DNA of 64,000 bases, from IMG/VR virus record IMGVR_UViG_3300030380_006483. One strand, 5' to 3'. A program made the translations under genes and the position numbers. Each line of letters starts with the position of its first letter. The first letter of the stretch is position 1. Source of the DNA: a virus. The notes under the pieces were generated by a model that saw only the letters and a list, made by a program, of their open reading frames with translations, had not been told where the DNA came from and made no database searches. Of this stretch, positions 57,768-64,000 are shown piece after piece.

Positions 57768-57796
57768 AAAAAAGGAGAACATTTGTTCTCTTTTTT
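57768..57796 (+). terminator. Rho-independent (possibly bidirectional) terminator after the fibre cluster
   Basis: A-run, GAGAAC-ATTT-GTTCTC, T-run. Confidence 0.65.
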
Positions 57797-57840
57797 GTTT
57801 TCATATACAAATTAAATATTTATATATAAATAAAAACGTT

Positions 57841-58095
57841 ATGGCAATTAAAGAAACAAAGGTAACAAACGAGGAGTTAAAGGAATTAGAAGATTTCCAA
57901 CAAAACATTAATGTTATAACCTATCAATTAGGACAATTAACATTAAAAAAATTAAATATTAATGAAGAAGAAGAAGTTTTAAAAACAAGATATAAACAAC
58001 TTCTTTTAGAAGAAAAAGAAATAGGAGATAAATTAAAAGAAAAATATGGTGATGCATCAATTGATTTAAAAACAGGTGCAATAACCAATAATTGA
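57841..58095 (+). CDS. Small coiled-coil protein (possible fibre assembly chaperone)
   Basis: 84 aa; late motif at 57815. Confidence 0.55.
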   Translation: MAIKETKVTNEELKELEDFQQNINVITYQLGQLTLKKLNINEEEEVLKTRYKQLLLEEKEIGDKLKEKYGDASIDLKTGAITNN

Positions 58096-58150
58096 TAATA
58101 TTTTTAAAACTCTCTTATATATTTATTATTGATAAAAATAAATTATTACA

Positions 58151-59887
58151 ATGGCTGAAACATTATTATCCCCAGGAGTTTTAACACGTGAAAACGATCA
58201 ATCACTTGTTACACAAGGACCCGTAGTAGCAGGACTAGCAATTTTAGGTCCTACAGTAAAAGGTCCAGTAAATGTCCCAACAGTAGTTACTTCATATAGT
58301 GATTATAAAAATAAATTTGGTGGATCATTTACAAGTGCAAGTATAAAATTTGAATATTTAACTAACATTTCAATTAATAACTACTTCCAACAAGGAGGAC
58401 AAACTGCAGTTGTTACTAGAATTGTATCGGCTTCATATGCGCCCTCAAGTGCAGAAGTAAGAGCAATTATGCATGCTGATTCTGCATCATTTACATTAGA
58501 AACCTTATCAGAAGGTGCTATAATGAATAACTCAGGTAGTGTATCTACAAGTGGTTCATTAGTAAGTGGTTCATCAGAGAATTTAAGATATGAAATTGCA
58601 AATGTTGATTCAGGGAGTGGTACATTTAACTTATTAATTAGAAGAGGGGATGATACTACAAGTAGAAAAACAATATTAGAATCTTTTACAGATTTATCAT
58701 TAGATCCTAATTCACCAAATTATATAGAACAAGTAATTGGTAACCAAAGACAAAATTTTGATACTGATGCTGATGGAAATAGATTTATACAAACTACAGG
58801 ATCTTACACTAATAACAGCCGTTTCGTAAGAGTATCTTCAGTAGGTCAACCGACATTAGACTATTTGGATAGTGATGGTAACTTTAAAGCAGCACTTACT
58901 TCATCATTACCTCAAATAGGTAGTGGTTCAAATCAAGGAGCATTTACAGGAGGAGCAGGTAGCGTATTTGGAAGAGGTGCTAATGGAAATACAAGATTAA
59001 AAATGTATGATGAAATAGACGTTTCTTCTATTCAAGGATTAGAAGCAGCTTACTATACAGCATCATTAAACTTATTACAAAATACAGATGAGTATGATTT
59101 TGAAATACTAACTATACCAGGTGTAACAATTCAAAATGGAAACGTTGCTGTAAATTCGGCAATTGATTGTGTTACACAAAGAGGTGATGCTATAGCAATA
59201 GTTGATACTAGAGATTATGGTGCAACATTAAACCAAGCAATAACTTCAGCAACAACAATTGATTCAAGCTTTGGTGCTACTTATTGGCCTCATGTTCAAG
59301 TGAAAGGAGTAGAAACTGGTAAAAACGTTTTTGTACCAGCTTCAACAGTAATGCCAGGAGTATATGCTACTAATGATAGATTAGGTGCTGAATGGTTTGC
59401 TCCAGCAGGATTTAATAGAGGTGGTGTAGGTGGTGTAATTACCACTGAAAGAAAATTATCTCCAGCGGATAGAGATAAATTATACTTAGCAAAAGTTAAT
59501 CCAATAGCTCAATTCCCAGGAAATGGAACAGTAGTATTTGGTCAGAAAACATTACAAAATGCAGCTACTGCTTTAGATAGAGTAAATGTTAGAAGACTAT
59601 TAATAGAACTAAAAAGAGTAATTGGTGATATAGGAAATGGATTATTATTTGAGCAAAATACTGCTGCAACTAGAAATAGATTCCTAAACCAAGTAAACCC
59701 ATTTTTAGAAGGAATACAACAAAGACAAGGATTATTTGCTTATAGAGTAGTAATGGATGATACAAATAATACAGCTGATGTAATTGATAGAAATCAAATG
59801 GTAGGACAAATATTTATCCAACCAACTAAAACAGCTGAATTTATAATACTAGACTTTAATGTAACACCAACGGGAGTTGAATTCTAA
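58151..59887 (+). CDS. gp18: Tail sheath protein
   Basis: LSPGVLTREND N-terminus; WFAPAGFNRG; KVNPI; FGQKTL; RVNVRRLLI; PTKTAEFI. Confidence 0.95.
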   Translation: MAETLLSPGVLTRENDQSLVTQGPVVAGLAILGPTVKGPVNVPTVVTSYSDYKNKFGGSFTSASIKFEYLTNISINNYFQQGGQTAVVTRIVSASYAPSSAEVRAIMHADSASFTLETLSEGAIMNNSGSVSTSGSLVSGSSENLRYEIANVDSGSGTFNLLIRRGDDTTSRKTILESFTDLSLDPNSPNYIEQVIGNQRQNFDTDADGNRFIQTTGSYTNNSRFVRVSSVGQPTLDYLDSDGNFKAALTSSLPQIGSGSNQGAFTGGAGSVFGRGANGNTRLKMYDEIDVSSIQGLEAAYYTASLNLLQNTDEYDFEILTIPGVTIQNGNVAVNSAIDCVTQRGDAIAIVDTRDYGATLNQAITSATTIDSSFGATYWPHVQVKGVETGKNVFVPASTVMPGVYATNDRLGAEWFAPAGFNRGGVGGVITTERKLSPADRDKLYLAKVNPIAQFPGNGTVVFGQKTLQNAATALDRVNVRRLLIELKRVIGDIGNGLLFEQNTAATRNRFLNQVNPFLEGIQQRQGLFAYRVVMDDTNNTADVIDRNQMVGQIFIQPTKTAEFIILDFNVTPTGVEF

Positions 59888-59925
59888 AAAATAAAAAAGG
59901 CAATATTTATAATAAACAATAGAAA

Positions 59926-60411
59926 ATGGCAGTATTAGACCCTAACGAAATAATGTATACCGCTTTTGAACCAAAAGTTCAAAATAGATTTATACTATAT
60001 GTAGACGGTATCCCAGCATATTTAATTAAAAATGTAACTGCACCTGGATTTGAAGCAGGTGAAATCATTCTTGACCACATGAATGTGTATAGAAAAGTGA
60101 AAGGAAAAGTTAGATGGAATGATATGACTTTAGGTCTATATGATCCTGTAACTCCATCAGGAGCTCAAGCTATAATGGAATGGGCTAGATTAGCACATGA
60201 AAGTGTAACTGGTAGAGATGGATATTCTGATTTCTATAAGAAAAATTTAACATTAGATATATTAGGTCCAGTAGGAGATGTAGTAAGCGAATGGGTTATC
60301 AAAGGAGCTTACTGTAAAACTGCTACATTTGGTGAATATGATTGGTCAGCTGACGCAGCAATCAATTTAGATATCACTATTGCAATGGATTATTGTATAT
60401 TAAACTTTTAA
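59926..60411 (+). CDS. gp19: Tail tube protein
   Basis: FEPKVQNRF, W..M.L.LYDP, LGPVGDVVSEWVIKGA; follows the sheath. Confidence 0.9.
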   Translation: MAVLDPNEIMYTAFEPKVQNRFILYVDGIPAYLIKNVTAPGFEAGEIILDHMNVYRKVKGKVRWNDMTLGLYDPVTPSGAQAIMEWARLAHESVTGRDGYSDFYKKNLTLDILGPVGDVVSEWVIKGAYCKTATFGEYDWSADAAINLDITIAMDYCILNF

Positions 60412-60436
60412 TTACCCAACCCTCCATACCTTTGAG

Positions 60437-60470
60437 AATGGTGCCTATTTTGGCACCATTTTTGTTTTTT
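60437..60470 (+). terminator. Rho-independent terminator after the tail tube gene
   Basis: AATGGTGCC-TATTTT-GGCACCATT followed by T-rich sequence. Confidence 0.85.
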
Positions 60471-60508
60471 ATATATTTATATCCGTAAAAAAATAAGTTA
60501 TTAAAAGT

Positions 60509-61264
60509 ATGGAAGAAAACGTTACAAAATCAAAATTAAAATTCCCAACAGAAACAGTTGAATTACCATCTAAGGGATTAATATATCCTAAGGATAATCC
60601 ATTATCATCAGGTAAATTGGAAATGAAATATATGACTGCTAAAGAAGAAGATATTTTAACTAATACTAATTATATTCAAAAAGGTACTGTATTAGATAAA
60701 TTACTAGAATCTTTAATAGTATCTAAAATAAACTATAATGATTTAATTACTGGAGATAAAAATGCATTATTAATAGCAGCTAGAGTATTAGGTTATGGTA
60801 AAGATTATGAATTTTCCTATGCAGGTCAAACATTATCAGTTGATTTAACTACCTTAGAAGATAAAAATTTAAATACTAAAGATTTAATAGAGGAAGGTAT
60901 AAATGAATTTGAGTTTAGTTTACCAAGTTCTAAAACTACAGTTACCTTTAAATTATTAACTCATGGTGATGAAAGATCAATAGATAGAGAACTTCAAGGT
61001 TTAAAGAAAATTAGAAAAGATATAGTTCCTGAAGCAACTACAAGATTAAAATACATGATCACTTCAGTAGATGGTGATAGGGAAAAGAAAACAATTAGAG
61101 AATTTGTAGATAATTATTTATTAGCTATAGATGCTAGATCATTACGTGAAGAAATCCGTAGAGTTTCACCTGATGTTGAACTTAAATACTATGGAGATGA
61201 TGTAGAGGAGGCCATCACTATTCCAGTAGATCTTACCTTTTTTTGGCCTGACGCCCGAATATAG
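60509..61264 (+). CDS. gp26-like baseplate hub/tail assembly chaperone
   Basis: VELPSKG..Y...MKYMTAKEEDIL motif; lies between tube and tape measure; ends ...DLTFFWPDARI*. Confidence 0.75.
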   Translation: MEENVTKSKLKFPTETVELPSKGLIYPKDNPLSSGKLEMKYMTAKEEDILTNTNYIQKGTVLDKLLESLIVSKINYNDLITGDKNALLIAARVLGYGKDYEFSYAGQTLSVDLTTLEDKNLNTKDLIEEGINEFEFSLPSSKTTVTFKLLTHGDERSIDRELQGLKKIRKDIVPEATTRLKYMITSVDGDREKKTIREFVDNYLLAIDARSLREEIRRVSPDVELKYYGDDVEEAITIPVDLTFFWPDARI

Positions 61265-61511
61265 AAAAAATTTATTTTCTCAAATACATGAGATAATATT
61301 TCATGGGAATGGTGGTTATGATTGGCACACTGTTTATACTATGCCTGTTTGGCTCCGTAATTTTACTTACAAAAAATTAGAAGAACATTATAAAAAAATA
61401 CAGGATAAAGAAAATAAACAAGCAAATACCCTTAAAAACAAATCAGAAATACATAGACCCAATATAAATCCATCTAACGTATATAATAGTTCAATGCCTA
61501 CTAAAAAGTAG
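61230..61511 (+). CDS. Unannotated frameshift extension (GT/gp51-like) of the gp26-like gene
   Basis: Frame is open from 61230 to TAG 61509-11: ...FFGLTPEYRKNLFSQIHEIIFHGNGGYDWHTVYTMPVWLRNFTYKKL...; entered across a T7 run at 61238-44. Confidence 0.65.
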   Translation: MLPFFGLTPEYRKNLFSQIHEIIFHGNGGYDWHTVYTMPVWLRNFTYKKLEEHYKKIQDKENKQANTLKNKSEIHRPNINPSNVYNSSMPTKK

Positions 61512-61520
61512 GCATTTTTT
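61493..61520 (+). terminator. Terminator hairpin overlapping the stop of the frameshift ORF
   Basis: AATGCCTACT-AAAA-AGTAGGCATT followed by a T run. Confidence 0.75.
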
Positions 61521-61543
61521 ATATTTATATACACAACTATAAT

Positions 61544-63646
61544 ATGGCTAGAAAAAAATCCAATCCAAACCAATTAGATCTTTTTAAGGATTCAGTTGAA
61601 AGTTTAGGACAAGAATTTGATAGAGTATCCGAAAGTATTGCCGATGCTATTTTTAATAAAATTAAAAAAGCAATTGATGCAACTGATGATAGCTCTAAAC
61701 AATTTTTACAAAGGTTTAAAAGAAACGTTAAAGCTATAGCAGATAGTAGTGGGGCTTTACTAGATATAGAACAAAAATTAGAAGCTGGATCAGCTAGAAC
61801 AAATGATTTCCAAAGAGCTGAACTAAAACTTTTAAAACAGAAATCTGTAATTAAGCAAGCTTTAAAAAAAGCACAGTCTGAACAAATTAACCTTTCAGAA
61901 ACTTTAGTAAAAGCAGCCAATGAGGAATTAGCAGTTTTAAATGCAGAAAAAGATTCACTAGGTGATTTAAAAACTATATTTGAAGAAACAAATAAGGAAT
62001 CAACTTTCTTTTCTACTTTATTATCAGGAGCGGGTAAAGCCTTAAATAATTTAGGTATAGATAATCCTTTTTCTACAATTAAGGATAATATGTCCTCTAT
62101 TAATCAAGAATTAGTTTTTCTTGAATATCAATTAGATACTAATAAGGAACTTTCTGAAGAAGATGTTGAGTTATATAACCAACGAATTCAAGCTTTAAAA
62201 GGACAAAGAGGTTTATTTAATCAATTTGTAATTGCTTTACAATCATCTCTTACCCCTGCTAATGTATTACAAGGACTGATCACGGGTACAGTAGCTTCAA
62301 TGGGAGCTATAAACGCAGAACAAGTTAAATTTCAAAGGCTTACTGGAGAAGGTGTAAAAAATTTATCATCTATTAGATTAGAAGCATCTACTCTTGTTGA
62401 TGTACTAGTGCAAGCTACCTCAGCTGCTGAACAATTTGGATTTAATATTCAAGATACTATAAGTGCCCAAAATATAGCAGCAGCTTCAGACTTAGTTGAA
62501 GGATTGGGACTATCAGCTGAAGAAGCAAATAAATTATTACTTCTTACTGAGGCACAAGGTCTCAATTTGATGGATGTTGCAAGTGCTGCTAATGATGTAT
62601 TAGATCCTTCTATTTCAACAAAGGCTGTATTTCAGGACATAGTAGCCAGTTCAGCTCAAACAAAAGTTTTATTTGCCTTTAATGCTGAGGCAATGGCTAA
62701 AACTGCTAGTGATGCAAGATTACTAGGGTTAAATTTATCTAATATTGAAAAAATATCTAAAAGTATTTTAGATATTGAATCTAGTATTGCAGCAGAATTT
62801 GAAGCAGAAGTATTAACAGGCCAGCAATTAGAGTTAAGTAGAGCAAGAATGTTTGCTTTACAAGGAGATCTTCAAGGTGTAACTGAAGAATTAGCTAAAA
62901 ATCAAAAATTATTTAATGATTTTAGTGGTATGAATGTTCTCCAACAAGAATCTATTGCTAATGCATTAGGACTAGGTGTTGATGAATTATCAGAATCCAT
63001 ATTATTACAAAAAGAATTAAGTAAGCTATCAGAAACAGAAAGAAAAAGAAAAAGAATTGATGAAAAAATAGCATTAACTGCAAGAGAAAATATAACAAAA
63101 TCTATTCAAAGTATAACTCAACAAATAGCTATATTAATAGAACCTCTTGTAAGAGGATTTGAAGGAGCTCTTAAATTTACTAATTTATTAATTGATGGGG
63201 TTAAAGAATTAAAAATCCCTTTAATAGCTCTTGGAACTTATTATGGTATTGTAGCTCTTAGAGCCCAGGCAGCTGCTATTAGTACTATGATTACAACATT
63301 TAGTTTAGCTAAATTTAACCCTTTATTTATTGGTCTTGGTATAGCGGGTGCTTTAGCAGCAGCCGGGGCTGTAAGACAAGCTAATCAAAGAGGAGTAGTT
63401 CCATTAGCTGAAGGTGGTGTAGTAACCTCTCCAACTTTTGCATTAATTGGAGAAGCGGGACCTGAGGCAGTTATACCATTAGATAGAGGTGGAAGAAATT
63501 CTATGTTATCATCTGCTGATATTAATGCTATCGCAAAAGCAGTAAGAGAAGGAGCATCACAAGCGCAAATTAACTTAGATGGTGGTAGGGTATCAAATAG
63601 ATTACAACCATCATTAGCAGTTAATACAAGGAAATACTCAATATAA
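61544..63646 (+). CDS. Tape measure protein
   Basis: 700 aa helical Ala/Leu/Gln-rich protein, hydrophobic C-terminal stretch, PLAEGGVVTSPT.ALIGEAGPEAVIPL motif; follows the chaperone gene. Confidence 0.8.
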   Translation: MARKKSNPNQLDLFKDSVESLGQEFDRVSESIADAIFNKIKKAIDATDDSSKQFLQRFKRNVKAIADSSGALLDIEQKLEAGSARTNDFQRAELKLLKQKSVIKQALKKAQSEQINLSETLVKAANEELAVLNAEKDSLGDLKTIFEETNKESTFFSTLLSGAGKALNNLGIDNPFSTIKDNMSSINQELVFLEYQLDTNKELSEEDVELYNQRIQALKGQRGLFNQFVIALQSSLTPANVLQGLITGTVASMGAINAEQVKFQRLTGEGVKNLSSIRLEASTLVDVLVQATSAAEQFGFNIQDTISAQNIAAASDLVEGLGLSAEEANKLLLLTEAQGLNLMDVASAANDVLDPSISTKAVFQDIVASSAQTKVLFAFNAEAMAKTASDARLLGLNLSNIEKISKSILDIESSIAAEFEAEVLTGQQLELSRARMFALQGDLQGVTEELAKNQKLFNDFSGMNVLQQESIANALGLGVDELSESILLQKELSKLSETERKRKRIDEKIALTARENITKSIQSITQQIAILIEPLVRGFEGALKFTNLLIDGVKELKIPLIALGTYYGIVALRAQAAAISTMITTFSLAKFNPLFIGLGIAGALAAAGAVRQANQRGVVPLAEGGVVTSPTFALIGEAGPEAVIPLDRGGRNSMLSSADINAIAKAVREGASQAQINLDGGRVSNRLQPSLAVNTRKYSI

Positions 63647-63675
63647 AATATTTATAACAAACAAAAATTAATATT

Positions 63676-64000
63676 ATGGCAATTTTAAATGATTACAATA
63701 ACCCTAAAAGTGGTCTAGGATCACTAATTAGATTTAAACAGGGACAAGTAACCCCTGCTGGAAATACTTATATAGCTTATGGTAGAAATGATGAAACTGC
63801 CCTATATAGTTCAGCTTTACATAACGAGTATTCTACAATTGGGAATCCTAATGTAGATCTTACTAGTACCCTTTATAATTCATCACAGAAAAAACCATCC
63901 CAAAATTTAGATTTATCACCTAATCCTATTGGAGATGCTAAAAGTGGATTTCAACAAAAATATCTCCCTAATCAGGAAAAAACTTATGAAGAACAAGTAA
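63676..64000 (+). CDS. Hypothetical structural-region protein (partial, runs off the window)
   Basis: ATG 63676, MAILNDYNNPKSGLGSL...; open to the window end; late motif at 63647. Confidence 0.55.
   Translation, partial: MAILNDYNNPKSGLGSLIRFKQGQVTPAGNTYIAYGRNDETALYSSALHNEYSTIGNPNVDLTSTLYNSSQKKPSQNLDLSPNPIGDAKSGFQQKYLPNQEKTYEEQV

Noticed and set aside
1-64000. Stop-codon reassignment (as in some Bacteroidota phages)
   Set aside because: Genes are full length under code 11 and end with TAA, TGA (e.g. 15264, 16868) or TAG (e.g. 16019, 21444) at coupled junctions.
1-64000. tRNA, rRNA, intron or intein
   Set aside because: No T-arm GGTTCGA motifs or cloverleafs noticed; terminase, portal and primase are of normal length and uninterrupted. 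A by-eye scan could miss one, so tRNAscan-SE would settle it.

Overview
This is a 64-kb, very AT-rich segment of a large T4-like (myovirus) bacteriophage genome. Essentially all real genes are on the + strand, and the standard code fits (TAA, TAG and TGA are all used as stops). Gene order: baseplate/virion structural genes (1-13.9 kb); GIY-YIG nuclease, primase and PD-(D/E)XK nuclease; a 16-30.5 kb accessory block of enzymes and small proteins, many with Glu-terminated N-terminal leaders or internal L/I/M-x-E linkers that look like prohead-protease substrates; a putative lysis pair; the head module (terminase, portal, core proteins, protease, repeat-rich scaffold, major capsid); neck/tail-completion genes; a 44-58 kb cluster of Ser/Thr/Gly-rich fibre genes surrounding a GT4 + autotransporter-heptosyltransferase-like fusion; then sheath, tube, a gp26-like gene with a probable programmed frameshift, and tape measure. 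A Bacteroidota host is inferred from TTTG-N20-TAnnTT promoter-like sites, no obvious Shine-Dalgarno sequences, SprB-like repeats and a signal peptide followed by Gln. Best candidates for undescribed biology: (1) phage-encoded glycosylation of proline-free Gly-Ser/Thr collagen-like fibres; (2) a capsid-targeting leader cassette and Glu-cleaved polyprotein system that may package kinase, nucleotidyltransferase, phosphatase, metallopeptidase and nuclease cargo; (3) a core protein carrying a copy of the mature major-capsid N-terminal arm; (4) structured 5' leaders upstream of the scaffold gene and of a fibre gene; (5) a +1/-2 frameshift at a U7 run. All family assignments come from motif recognition by eye. 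No database search was run.
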